This document shows positions 1 to 8,770 of a stretch of 50,822 nt of DNA, piece by piece (positions within the stretch are counted from its first letter, which is position 1; every line of letters begins with the position of its first letter). The stretch is from IMG/VR virus record IMGVR_UViG_3300037423_000868, positions 1 through 50,822 of that record. One strand, written 5' to 3'. Both the position numbers and the translations under genes were made by a program. The DNA comes from a virus. Taxonomy: Duplodnaviria; Caudoviricetes. The notes beneath the pieces were generated by a model that did no database searches, was not told the DNA's origin, and was given only the letters and a program-made list of their open reading frames with translations.

Positions 1-127
1 AACGCCGACGCGAAGATCGTGCAGGGCAGCGCCGAAGCCGTCGAGATCGGCCGCAAGGAAATCGATACGCTGGAAGAGCAGATGCGGCAATCCGGCGCCG
101 AGATGCTCGTCATCCGGCCCGGCAACA
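1..127. repeat. Terminal direct repeat, identical to 50696-50822 (circular assembly overlap)
   Basis: First 127 nt (aacgccgacg...ggcaaca) match the last 127 nt; the portal reading frame continues across the junction. Confidence 0.97.
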
Positions 128-504
128 TCACCGCGACGCAGACCGCCTCCGAGGACGCCGGCAACCTGTGCGCGCTGCAGAGAATCGCGCTGGACCTCGA
201 GGACTCGCTCGACCAGGCGCTGCAGTTCATGGCCGAGTGGATTGGCGAGAAGAGCGGCGGCAACGTCGAGCTGTTCAAGGACTTCGCCGCGGCGAGCATG
301 GACGCCGCCACCGCGGAACTGCTGCTGAAGACGAACCAGGCCGGCAAACTGTCCGACGAAACGCTGCTGGCCGAATACCAGCGCCGCGGCATCGTGTCGA
401 CCGACGTCAGTTTCGAGGACGAGGCGACCCGCATCGCCAACCAGGCGCCGAACCTGAACATCATGGCCGGTGATCCCGGCATTGCTGCTCCGGTCGCCGC
501 GTAA
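1..504 (+). CDS. Portal protein, C-terminal part (joins 49799-50695; about 466 aa in total)
   Basis: In frame with the ORF starting at 49799 across the junction; lies between terL and the head morphogenesis gene. Confidence 0.9.
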   Translation, partial: NADAKIVQGSAEAVEIGRKEIDTLEEQMRQSGAEMLVIRPGNITATQTASEDAGNLCALQRIALDLEDSLDQALQFMAEWIGEKSGGNVELFKDFAAASMDAATAELLLKTNQAGKLSDETLLAEYQRRGIVSTDVSFEDEATRIANQAPNLNIMAGDPGIAAPVAA

Positions 505-1598
505 TGGGGGATTTAGAGCGGGCGCTCGCCGACCTGCTGATCGAGCGCGGCATCGACCTGTTCCGGCTCGAGGCCGGCATCCGCGACAAGATCGTCAAGC
601 TCCTGAACGACATGGCGAAGGAGCTGCGCGCCAAGCTCAGCGAGGACACGCTGTCGGATTTCGGCCGGGCGAGATTGAACTCGATGCTGAAGGACGCTGC
701 GCAGATCATCGCCGACTACTACCTGCAGGCGCGCGATGAGATGACCACGCAACTGACCGGGCTCGCGCAGCACGAGGCGCAGGCGACGGTGAAGCTGTTC
801 GCGCGCGTGATCGACTTCAAGGTCGGCTTCGGCCTGCCGGGGCAGACGGTGCTGGAAACGCTCGTGAAAGACGTGCTGATCCAGGGCGCGCCGTCGCGCG
901 ACTGGTGGGCGAGACAGTCGGCGGCGACGACATTCAGCTTTTCCGCCGCGGTGCGCCAGGGCATCCTGCAGGGCGAGACGAACGACCAGATCATCCGCCG
1001 CGTCATCGGCAGCAAGGACGGCGCGCCGGGCATCCTCGCGACATCGCGCAAGAACGCCGCCGCGCTGGTGCATTCGAGCGTGCAGACGGTGGCGAATGCG
1101 TCGAGGCTGGAGACGTTCAAGAAGAACGGCAATGTGGTCAAGGGTGTGCGCCAATTGAGTACCCTCGATGGCCGCACGACGGATATCTGCTTGGCCTACT
1201 CGGACGGCGAGTGGGATCTGGACGGCAAGCCGATCAACAAGACGACACTCCCGTTCGTGAACACCGACGCGCAGGGCATCGACCATGCAGGACCGCCGCG
1301 CCACTGGAATTGCCGTTCGACGCTGGTGCCGATCACGAAGACGTGGGCGGAATTGGGCGGCAAGGGCAATGTGCCCGAGTTCAAGCCGAGCCAGCGCGCG
1401 TCGATGGATGGCCCGGTCGCCGGTGACACGTCCATGGAAGCGTTCATTGACCGCAAGCCGAAGGGCTTCCTCGACGACCTGCTCGGCCCGGGTCGCGCGC
1501 AACTGTACCGCGACGGCAAGATCACGCTACAGCAGCTCGTCGACCAGTCGGGGCGGCCGCTGACGCTGGCGGAACTGAAAGCAAAGTACGACAACTAG
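504..1598 (+). CDS. Minor head / head morphogenesis protein (SPP1 gp7 / Mu gpF-like)
   Basis: STLDGRTTDIC and PPRHWNCRS motifs; position after portal. Confidence 0.88.
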   Translation: MGDLERALADLLIERGIDLFRLEAGIRDKIVKLLNDMAKELRAKLSEDTLSDFGRARLNSMLKDAAQIIADYYLQARDEMTTQLTGLAQHEAQATVKLFARVIDFKVGFGLPGQTVLETLVKDVLIQGAPSRDWWARQSAATTFSFSAAVRQGILQGETNDQIIRRVIGSKDGAPGILATSRKNAAALVHSSVQTVANASRLETFKKNGNVVKGVRQLSTLDGRTTDICLAYSDGEWDLDGKPINKTTLPFVNTDAQGIDHAGPPRHWNCRSTLVPITKTWAELGGKGNVPEFKPSQRASMDGPVAGDTSMEAFIDRKPKGFLDDLLGPGRAQLYRDGKITLQQLVDQSGRPLTLAELKAKYDN

Positions 1599-1614
1599 CA
1601 ACACAGATTTCGAG

Positions 1615-1684
1615 GCCGCAGAGCGGATGCAACGCGGCGCACTGGGACGGATGTCCTAACCAACGGGCCGGATGGCCAGGAAGA
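1615..1684 (+). promoter_or_regulatory. Structured leader with three C(GGAU)G tetraloop hairpins upstream of the scaffold gene
   Basis: GC-GGAT-GC 1623-1630, GGAC-GGAT-GTCC 1645-1656, GGCC-GGAT-GGCC 1666-1677, then SD AGGA. Confidence 0.65.
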
Positions 1685-1689
1685 CCAGC

Positions 1690-2445
1690 ATGAAACTCAA
1701 ACTCGACGACGCAGGCCATGTAGTTCTGTCCGAAGGTAAGCCTGTCGTGATCCATGACGACGGCAAGGAAATCGCCTTTGATATTGCCGGCACTGTGCAG
1801 ACCATCAGCCGGCTCAACGCTGAAGCGAAGTCCCATCGCGAGCGCGCAGAAGCCGCAGAGGCCCGCTACAAGCCGTTTGAAGGCATTGAGGACGCAGCCG
1901 CAGCACGCAAGGCGCTCGACACCGTCAAGTCGTTGGAACAGAAGAAGCTCATTGATGCCGGCGAAGTCGAACTCGTGAAGGCCGAAATCACCAAGGCGCT
2001 GCAGTCGCAGATCGAGCAGGCCACTGGTCGCGCACAGCAACTGGAGCAGCAGCTCTATGCAGAGAAGATCGGCGGCGCATTCGCCCGTTCTCCGCTGATC
2101 GTTGGCGACAAGGCGAAGCTGGCCATCCCGGCCGACATGGTGCAAGCCCGCTTCGGCAACTCGTTCAAGATCGAAGATGGCAAGGTCGTTGCCTACGACA
2201 ATAGCGGCAACAAGATTTTCAGCCGCAGCCGTCCCGGCGAGATCGCGGATTTCGACGAGGCGCTGGACGTGCTGGTCGATATGTACCCGCACAAGGATCA
2301 CATCCTGCGCAGCTCGGGCGCTACCGGCTCCGGCGCCGGCCCGGCAGCAGGCGGCGCGCCGTCGCGCCAGGCGGGTGATTTCGGCGGCAGCAAGGCGGAC
2401 CGTGTTGCTGCCATCGCTGCGAAGTTTGATCTGCCGAAAGGCTGA
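1690..2445 (+). CDS. Capsid scaffolding protein
   Basis: MKLKLDDAGHVVLSEGKPV start, coiled-coil middle, SGATGSGA tail; upstream of MCP; SD before ATG 1690. Confidence 0.82.
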   Translation: MKLKLDDAGHVVLSEGKPVVIHDDGKEIAFDIAGTVQTISRLNAEAKSHRERAEAAEARYKPFEGIEDAAAARKALDTVKSLEQKKLIDAGEVELVKAEITKALQSQIEQATGRAQQLEQQLYAEKIGGAFARSPLIVGDKAKLAIPADMVQARFGNSFKIEDGKVVAYDNSGNKIFSRSRPGEIADFDEALDVLVDMYPHKDHILRSSGATGSGAGPAAGGAPSRQAGDFGGSKADRVAAIAAKFDLPKG

Positions 2446-2535
2446 TGCACGAATAGCGAAGCTATAATGGACGAAGCCGGATGATGCTTGCGACATCACC
2501 CGGCTTCTAACCAATCCGACTAGTAAGGAGTCGTC

Positions 2536-3171
2536 ATGGCTGAGGCTATTCTAGCATCGGGCGGCATCTACGCGATCCGCCATAAGGTCAAGGGCAAGCA
2601 GTACATCGGCAGCGCCGTCAATTTCTACAATCGCTTCAAAGAGCACCGCAGCAAGCTCAGGCGCGGCATCCACCATTCGAAGAAGCTGCAGAACGCATGG
2701 GTCAAGTACGGGCCGGATGCGTTCGAGTTTGTTGTGCTCGAGGTTGTTCAAGATCGTAATGACTTGATAGCGCGTGAGCAGTATTGGCTCGATTTGCACG
2801 ACATCGCAAAGACGGGATACAACGCTTCACCGACTGCGGGCAGCATCCTCGGCGCGAAGGCTTCGGCAGAAACGCGCGCGAAGATGAGCACAACGCACAA
2901 GGCGCAAGCTGCGGAACGGTTCGAGGCGCGATCTAAGGCAATGACCGGGAGGAAGCTCTCGGAAGAACACAAGGCGAAGATAGGGGCAGCCAACAAGGGC
3001 AGGGTTCCGTCAGAGGCCGCCCGGAAGAAAATGTCGTCTGCGGCAAAGGCGACACCGGAACATGTGCGGCGCAAGCGAGCCGAATCGCATACCGGATACC
3101 GTCATACAGAAGAATCAAGGCGGAAGATTTCTGAAGGAATGCGCAGAAGGAGAGAAGCGCCTGCTGCGTAG
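2536..3171 (+). CDS. GIY-YIG homing endonuclease with NUMOD3-type repeats
   Basis: GIYAI...YIGSA motif, LIAREQYW..GYN, repeated SAETRAKMS / SEEHKAKIG / TEESRRKIS. Confidence 0.92.
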   Translation: MAEAILASGGIYAIRHKVKGKQYIGSAVNFYNRFKEHRSKLRRGIHHSKKLQNAWVKYGPDAFEFVVLEVVQDRNDLIAREQYWLDLHDIAKTGYNASPTAGSILGAKASAETRAKMSTTHKAQAAERFEARSKAMTGRKLSEEHKAKIGAANKGRVPSEAARKKMSSAAKATPEHVRRKRAESHTGYRHTEESRRKISEGMRRRREAPAA

Positions 3172-3194
3172 TCAATAAGTTCAACGATGTATTT

Positions 3195-3219
3195 AAGCCT
3201 CCCTTGTGGAGGCTTTTTT
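3195..3219 (+). terminator. Rho-independent terminator after the GIY-YIG gene
   Basis: AAGCCTCC-CTTGT-GGAGGCTT followed by a T run. Confidence 0.75.
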
Positions 3220-3226
3220 ATTACCT

Positions 3227-3274
3227 GCTGCTATCTCGGATGAGGGGCGGCGCAATGAGGTGGATGCCTCAACC
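3227..3274 (+). promoter_or_regulatory. Second copy of the GGAU-tetraloop leader, upstream of the major capsid gene
   Basis: CTC-GGAT-GAG 3235-3244, GCGGCGCA linker, GAGGT-GGAT-GCCTC 3257-3270, AACC. Confidence 0.65.
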
Positions 3275-3324
3275 CCGCGATTATTCGCATAACCCCCGAG
3301 TAAATTTAGCTATAAGGAACTGCT

Positions 3325-4293
3325 ATGTCCCTGTCACAAATGACCGTGTTTAATTCCTACGTGATGCCGGCCACCATCGAGACGCTGTCGCAGATGGTCG
3401 ACCGCTTCAACGCCGCGTCCGCCGGCGCAATCCGTCTCACCACGCAAGGCTTTGACGGCGACTTCCTGCAAGAGTCGTTCTTCGCCGCGATCCACTCGGC
3501 ACAGCGCCGCGTGAATCGTTACGCTGCCCAGTCGTCCGCTTCCGCGACCGACCTGAGCCAACTGAAGCACAGCTCGGTGAAAGTCGCCGGCGGTTTCGGC
3601 CCGATCCGCTTCGAGCCGAGCCAGCTGACCTGGCTGAACAAGCCGACCGCCGAAGGCATCGAAGTCGCCTCGCGCAACTTCGCCGAGGCGCTGATGGCCG
3701 ACCAGCTCAACACCGCCATCGCTGCGCTGGTGGCCGCGATCGCCAACCAGGCGTCCGCGACCAATGACGTGTCGGCGTCCGCCGGCATCGATTACGCCGC
3801 CATCAACGGCGCGCACGCGCTGTTCGGCGACGCGTCCGGCCAACTGGTCGCGCAGGTGATGACCGGCCAGGTGTTCCACCGCCTGATCGGCCAGAACATC
3901 ACCAATGCCGGCAAGCTGTTCGATGCCCGCTCGGTGAACGTGGTCGAGATCCTCGGCCGCCCGGTGATCGTCACCGACGCCCCGGCGCTGTATGCCGCCG
4001 GCACGCCGAACAAGCAGAAGGTGCTGAGCCTGGCGGATTCGGCCGCGATCGTGTTCGACGGCTCGGACGTGATCTCCAACATCCAGACCGTCAACGGCCA
4101 GACCCGCATCGAAACCACGATGCAGGTGGATTACACCTTCGGCCTGTCCCTGAAGGGCTACACCTGGGACGAAGCGAATGGCGGCAAATCCCCGTCCGAC
4201 GCCGCGCTCGCGACCGGCTCGAACTGGGACAAGGTCGCGACCAACATCAAGCAGACCGCTGGCGTGATCACCATCGGCGACGCCGCGAAGTGA
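3325..4293 (+). CDS. Major capsid protein
   Basis: 322 aa, strong SD (TAAGGA), KGYTWD..GGKSP..L.TG.NW.K motif typical of this siphophage MCP family; followed by a terminator. Confidence 0.9.
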   Translation: MSLSQMTVFNSYVMPATIETLSQMVDRFNAASAGAIRLTTQGFDGDFLQESFFAAIHSAQRRVNRYAAQSSASATDLSQLKHSSVKVAGGFGPIRFEPSQLTWLNKPTAEGIEVASRNFAEALMADQLNTAIAALVAAIANQASATNDVSASAGIDYAAINGAHALFGDASGQLVAQVMTGQVFHRLIGQNITNAGKLFDARSVNVVEILGRPVIVTDAPALYAAGTPNKQKVLSLADSAAIVFDGSDVISNIQTVNGQTRIETTMQVDYTFGLSLKGYTWDEANGGKSPSDAALATGSNWDKVATNIKQTAGVITIGDAAK

Positions 4294-4299
4294 TGAACG

Positions 4300-4326
4300 G
4301 GCCGGGCCTGCGGGTCCGGCCTTTTT
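4300..4326 (+). terminator. Terminator after MCP
   Basis: GGCCGGGCC-TGCG-GGTCCGGCC-TTTTT. Confidence 0.75.
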
Positions 4327-4339
4327 CATGGAGTAGTGC

Positions 4340-4516
4340 ATGAGCAAATTCACAGGCGTGGCTTACGAGCCGCACCCGGTAATACCCGAGCGCAAGGCGG
4401 AACTGCGTGCGCAGGGATTGCAGATCCTCGACATCCGCTTCAAGCCGGCCGATGCCGAGCCGGCCAAGGCAGAGCCCGCGCCAACGCGCGCGCGCAGCAA
4501 GGCCGCCGACAAATAA
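4340..4516 (+). CDS. Small head-associated protein (58 aa; not in the ORF track)
   Basis: SD GGAG, then ATG 4340; MSKFTGVAYEPHPVIPERKAELRAQGLQILDIRFKP...; TAA 4514-4516. Confidence 0.7.
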   Translation: MSKFTGVAYEPHPVIPERKAELRAQGLQILDIRFKPADAEPAKAEPAPTRARSKAADK

Positions 4517-4537
4517 CCATCCACCACGGGACCGTAC

Positions 4538-5674
4538 ATGACCATCGTAAACCAGGGATCTTCCGCCGTCATCGACGTGGCCATCGGCCAGAAAATCGCC
4601 GTCTCCACGCCGGGCGAGGCCTATGTCGACATCATCGCCGGCACGCTCGGCGCCGGCTATTCGTCGAAGCGGCTCGCTGACAACGTGCGCGAACAGGTCT
4701 TCGGCCCATATGGCAATGTCACGCGCCTGCAGATCCGCGCCGTCGTCGGCGCGGCGACCTTCGGCGATGCCGTGGAGCCGACGACCGGCACCGGCGGCGC
4801 GAGCGAGTTCAAGGAACTGCAGGACGCGCCGAACAGCTACGCCGGCCAGGGCAGCATGGTGGCGCGGGTGAAGGGCGATGAAACCGGACTCGAATTTCTG
4901 CCTCCCGTCCGCAAGGCGGTAAAGTTTGCCGATCGGTTCTTCTCCACCCCTTCATCGAGCACCGTCGATGTGTCTGCCTACCCTTATAACGGGGAGGCGA
5001 TTGTTGGCGATGATGTCCTCATCCTGAACCCGGACACCCCCGCTGACTCCGGAATCTGGACAATCAGTGCCATCAACGGGAATGATGCCACGCTGACCCG
5101 GCGCAACGATTCGCTGGAAGGCGCATTTTTTACCGTTGGCGAAACGATCAACGAGTGCAAGACCAACACCCCGTATGTCTGCACTTATATCTGGCCGGTG
5201 GTCGGCGAAGACTGGCTGGACTCGGTGCCGGCAGGCCATTTGGATGGCGCCACGGCTATCGCGTTCGACTTGTTTTTCCAACCCGCCGCGGTGGCAAATG
5301 CGTTGGCGGAGAGCGCCGGGGCGTTCTCTGCTTCTTTTGAGCAGTTCGCCATTTCTGGTGGTTTTGCGGCCAAGGTGCGCTCCCTTTTCAGCACGGATGA
5401 GACGATTCACCCGGAGGATGGCTTTCTCTTGGTCGATTCTTCCGGCGGCAACCTGACCTTATTCTGCGCTCCGGCTGCCGATTTCAGGGTCGTGAAAGCC
5501 GGCATTCCTGCGGCCTTCGCGCCGACGATCAAGCGCATCGATGCGTCGGGACACACGTTGACGATCCAGCCACAGGGATCGGACACGATCAACGGCGCAA
5601 GTTCCGTGACGCTGGCAGCGGGACAAAGCGTTCGCTTGATTTCTGACGGCGTGTCGCAATTCTGGACGATCTAA
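4538..5674 (+). CDS. Putative head fibre / decoration protein
   Basis: Fibre-type motifs FKELQDAPNSYAGQ..V.VKGDETGLEF and C-terminal TIKRIDASGHTLTI..SDTING..SVRLISDG; located in the head module. Confidence 0.6.
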   Translation: MTIVNQGSSAVIDVAIGQKIAVSTPGEAYVDIIAGTLGAGYSSKRLADNVREQVFGPYGNVTRLQIRAVVGAATFGDAVEPTTGTGGASEFKELQDAPNSYAGQGSMVARVKGDETGLEFLPPVRKAVKFADRFFSTPSSSTVDVSAYPYNGEAIVGDDVLILNPDTPADSGIWTISAINGNDATLTRRNDSLEGAFFTVGETINECKTNTPYVCTYIWPVVGEDWLDSVPAGHLDGATAIAFDLFFQPAAVANALAESAGAFSASFEQFAISGGFAAKVRSLFSTDETIHPEDGFLLVDSSGGNLTLFCAPAADFRVVKAGIPAAFAPTIKRIDASGHTLTIQPQGSDTINGASSVTLAAGQSVRLISDGVSQFWTI

Positions 5675-5677
5675 GCC

Positions 5678-6175
5678 ATGCTGACCGTGGAAACTGGCGC
5701 GGGGCTCGCCAATGCCGAAAGCTATTGCACGGTCGCCTTCGCCGACCAGTACCACGCCGACCGCGCCAACGACGCCTGGGCCGCGCTGACGACCGCGCAG
5801 AAGGAGGCGTACCTGCGCCGCGCGACCGAATACATGCTGGCGGTATTCCGCACACGCTGGAAGGGCGAGCGCGCGAGTGCCACGCAGGCGCTGGATTGGC
5901 CGCGGCTGGACGTCGTGGTCGACAACTTCGCGGTCGCGGCCGATTACGTGCCGATCGAAGTGCAGAAGGCGTGCGCGCTGCTTGCGCTGAAGGCGAAGGA
6001 TGGCGAACTCGACCCGGATGTGCGCGACGCGGCGATCAAGAGCGTGACCGTCGGCCCGCTGTCGAAGGAATATTTCGAGCAGCAGGTGCCGGCACGCCTG
6101 CACCGTTCCGTCAGCGACCTGCTGCGTCCGTTCCTAAACGGCGGCGAGAACATGGTCCGCCTAGTGAGGGCGTGA
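5678..6175 (+). CDS. Head-tail adaptor (DnaT-like domain family)
   Basis: VETGAGLANAESY..ADQYH and QALDWPR motifs. Confidence 0.82.
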   Translation: MLTVETGAGLANAESYCTVAFADQYHADRANDAWAALTTAQKEAYLRRATEYMLAVFRTRWKGERASATQALDWPRLDVVVDNFAVAADYVPIEVQKACALLALKAKDGELDPDVRDAAIKSVTVGPLSKEYFEQQVPARLHRSVSDLLRPFLNGGENMVRLVRA

Positions 6176-6531
6176 TGGATTACGCCTCGCTCGCGCTGAC
6201 GGCCGACGATCTGATCGGCGAATTCGGCTCGACCGGCACGCTCACGCGCGTGACGCCGGGCGACTACGACCCCGACACCGCGACCGCGACGCCGGCATCG
6301 ACGACTACGCAAAGCATCAAGGCGGTCGTCATCGACTACGAGCACAAGTATGTCGACGGCACGCTGATCAAGACCGGCGACAAGCAGTGCTTCGTCAGCG
6401 CGAAGGACATCACCGCGCCGGCACAGGGCGACCGGCTGACGTGGTTCGGCATCGATTACCAGCTCGTCAGCGTGACGCCCCTGGCGCCGGCCGGTACGGT
6501 CCTTTTCTACGAACTGCAAGCGAGGCAATGA
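6175..6531 (+). CDS. Head closure / stopper protein
   Basis: TGATG coupling at 6173-6177; YDPDT..DGTLIKTGD..YELQAR pattern. Confidence 0.75.
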   Translation: MDYASLALTADDLIGEFGSTGTLTRVTPGDYDPDTATATPASTTTQSIKAVVIDYEHKYVDGTLIKTGDKQCFVSAKDITAPAQGDRLTWFGIDYQLVSVTPLAPAGTVLFYELQARQ

Positions 6532-6695
6532 TGGAAGACGCGGACCTGCATCTCGAAATCTCCGTGGCATGGTGGGTCAAGCCGTATATCTACCTGGTCG
6601 CGTTTTTCTGCATGCTGGCCAACCGCGAGCCGGACGAGGCCAAGCTCGAGCGCATGATCCTGCGCGGCATCAAGATGAAGGTCGTTGCCGAATGA
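6528..6695 (+). CDS. Small hypothetical protein (55 aa)
   Basis: Overlapping start/stop with both neighbours; VAWWVKPYIY segment. Confidence 0.6.
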   Translation: MMEDADLHLEISVAWWVKPYIYLVAFFCMLANREPDEAKLERMILRGIKMKVVAE

Positions 6696-7123
6696 GCGGC
6701 TGGACGATCCCGCTCGACAAGCTCGCCGAGAAGGTGCAGTTGGATCTCGAGACGGTCGCGCGCAAGTCGACGATGGACGTGTTCACGGCGGTTGCGCTGC
6801 GGTCACCTGTGGACACGGGGCGATTTCGCGCGAACTGGAACGTGTCGTATGGCGCGCCGGATTTGAGCGTGACCGACAGCACCGACAGCGCGCGCGCGGT
6901 GACCGAGGCGCGGAAGGCGCTGACGCTGCCGGTGGGCGGCGTGGTCTACATGTGCAACAGCCTGCCCTATGCGCCGGTCATCGAGTACGGCCTGTATCCG
7001 AATCCGCCGAAGAACCCGACCGGCAAAACTGTCGGCGGCTATTCGCGCCAGGCGCCGCAGGGCGTCGTGCGCGTGACCGCCGTCGAATATAACGACTACG
7101 TGCAGAAGGCCATCCACTCATGA
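6692..7123 (+). CDS. HK97 gp10-like tail completion protein
   Basis: SPVDTGRFRANW, NSLPYA..IEYG and SRQAPQGVV motifs. Confidence 0.85.
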   Translation: MSGWTIPLDKLAEKVQLDLETVARKSTMDVFTAVALRSPVDTGRFRANWNVSYGAPDLSVTDSTDSARAVTEARKALTLPVGGVVYMCNSLPYAPVIEYGLYPNPPKNPTGKTVGGYSRQAPQGVVRVTAVEYNDYVQKAIHS

Positions 7124-7443
7124 TCCGCGTATCGACCGACCCGAACGACCCGCACTATGACGAGCGGCCGCGCCGCGTCTGGTGCAACGACCGCGAGGTC
7201 GAAGGCTGGACCGTCGCCGACGAGTTCCGCCGCTGCGTGATCACGCCCGACGGCGTCATCTACGGCGCGGTGCTGGTCGAGCGCCTGCCTGAGCCGGTGG
7301 GCGAAGACGCGGACCTTCTTGAGGTAGTACAAAGCCGGCACGATCAGATTGATAGCGCAGTCGATGTGGATGTCGATGACCTGTGCTCCGACAGCCAAGC
7401 CCAGCGCAATTCGCGCAAGCCCAAGCGCAAGCCGTGGAGGTAA
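7120..7443 (+). CDS. Hypothetical protein
   Basis: ATGA coupling with the upstream gene; codon usage matches the operon. Confidence 0.65.
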   Translation: MIRVSTDPNDPHYDERPRRVWCNDREVEGWTVADEFRRCVITPDGVIYGAVLVERLPEPVGEDADLLEVVQSRHDQIDSAVDVDVDDLCSDSQAQRNSRKPKRKPWR

Positions 7444-7446
7444 GCC

Positions 7447-7857
7447 ATGTCTGACGCCCTTTTGCGCGCGGCCTTCGAGTCGCGCATCAAAGCCTGGGCC
7501 GCCGCGCAGACGCCGCCGCTGCCGATCGCTTACCAGAATGTCCCGTTCGACCCGCCACCGGGCCGCTATGCCGCGTGCTACCTGCTGCCGTCCGCGACGC
7601 AGTCCGATACGCTCAATGGCGAGCACCGCAGGCGCATCGGCGTGTTCCAGGTATCGCTGTGCATGCCGATTGGCGCCGGCTCCGGTGAAGCCACGCAGCT
7701 GGCCGCATCGCTCGATGCCATGATCGCGCCGCCGTACATCGAGCATGGCGCCCTGCGCGTGTTCATCCTGGCACCGATGAGCCAGGCCCCGGCGATCCAG
7801 TCGACCGACCGCTATATCGTGCCGATCTCGTGCACGTATCGCTGCGACACGGTTTAA
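7447..7857 (+). CDS. Tail terminator protein
   Basis: IAYQNVPFDPP..GVFQVS..P.GAG pattern; immediately precedes the tail tube gene. Confidence 0.8.
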   Translation: MSDALLRAAFESRIKAWAAAQTPPLPIAYQNVPFDPPPGRYAACYLLPSATQSDTLNGEHRRRIGVFQVSLCMPIGAGSGEATQLAASLDAMIAPPYIEHGALRVFILAPMSQAPAIQSTDRYIVPISCTYRCDTV

Positions 7858-7937
7858 TTCCCCATATCAACGGGCTAGAATGACGGCGGGGCATTGCGCC
7901 CACCCGTTCCGTCTTCCTGCCCGATCCCGAATCCCAT

Positions 7938-7963
7938 AAAAGCCCGCCATTGCGCGGGCTTTT
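7938..7963. terminator. Bidirectional terminator-like hairpin
   Basis: AAAAGCCCGC-CATTGC-GCGGGCTTTT. Confidence 0.65.
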
Positions 7964-8055
7964 GCTTTTCCGGCCGCACTCCGCAAGGGGCGTGGCCTTT
8001 TTTCATGCCCTTTCGGGCTCTCACTCTTGCCCGATAGGGCAGAAAGGCACACATC

Positions 8056-8703
8056 ATGGCAGTTTCGCTCCCCAACGGCGCGACGATCTCGCTCGCGACC
8101 GGCTACGGTACTTCCTCGGCCATCACCGCCGTCTCCAACGCTAACCCGGCGGTCGCCACCATCGGCGCCGGCGCCTCGATCGCCACCGGCGACATCGTGG
8201 TCGTCAAGTCCGGCTGGTCGCGCCTGAATGACCGCGTCATCCGTGCTGCGGCTGGCGGCTCCGCCGTCACGCTCGAAGGCATCGACACCACCAACGTGTC
8301 GTCCTACCCGGTCGGCACCGGCGTCGGCTCGCTGGTCGAAGTCACCGGCTGGCAGCAGATCACCCAGATCCTGCAAACGTCGTCGAGCGGCGGTGAACAG
8401 CAGTTCGTCACCTACTCGTTCCTCGAGGACGATGCCGAGCACCAGATCCCGACGGTGAAGTCGCCGATGGTCTACAAGTTCACCGTGGCCGACGACGCGA
8501 CCCTGCCGCACTACGCCGTGCTGGACCGCGCCGACATCGCGCGCACCCCGCAGGCCGTGCGCCTGCTGCTGCCGACCGGCTCGGTCGTGTACTGGAATGC
8601 CTACGTGACCCTGTCGCGCACCCCGACCCTGACCAAGAATGAAGTGATGGGTCTCGAGGTCACGATGAGCCTGGTGTCCGAAGTCTCGCGCTACGCCGCT
8701 TAA
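8056..8703 (+). CDS. Major tail tube protein
   Basis: MAVSLPNGA start; SSGGEQQF..FLEDD..QIPT.KSP motif. Confidence 0.9.
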   Translation: MAVSLPNGATISLATGYGTSSAITAVSNANPAVATIGAGASIATGDIVVVKSGWSRLNDRVIRAAAGGSAVTLEGIDTTNVSSYPVGTGVGSLVEVTGWQQITQILQTSSSGGEQQFVTYSFLEDDAEHQIPTVKSPMVYKFTVADDATLPHYAVLDRADIARTPQAVRLLLPTGSVVYWNAYVTLSRTPTLTKNEVMGLEVTMSLVSEVSRYAA

Positions 8704-8770
8704 CGCGTAACCCCGGGCGGCTGGCGATCCCGGCCGCCCGTTTCCATAACTACCGCCGGAGGAACCCAAC

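Noticed and set aside
1-127. Biological terminal repeat
   Set aside because: Length equals a typical assembly k-mer and it falls in the middle of the portal gene
3282-3310. TATTCGCATAA as another Xer-like site
   Set aside because: Single arm only, with no TTATG partner and no associated stop codon
2446-3324. Group I intron around the GIY-YIG gene
   Set aside because: Flanking genes are complete with their own stop and start; the non-coding flanks are short and show no recognisable intron core
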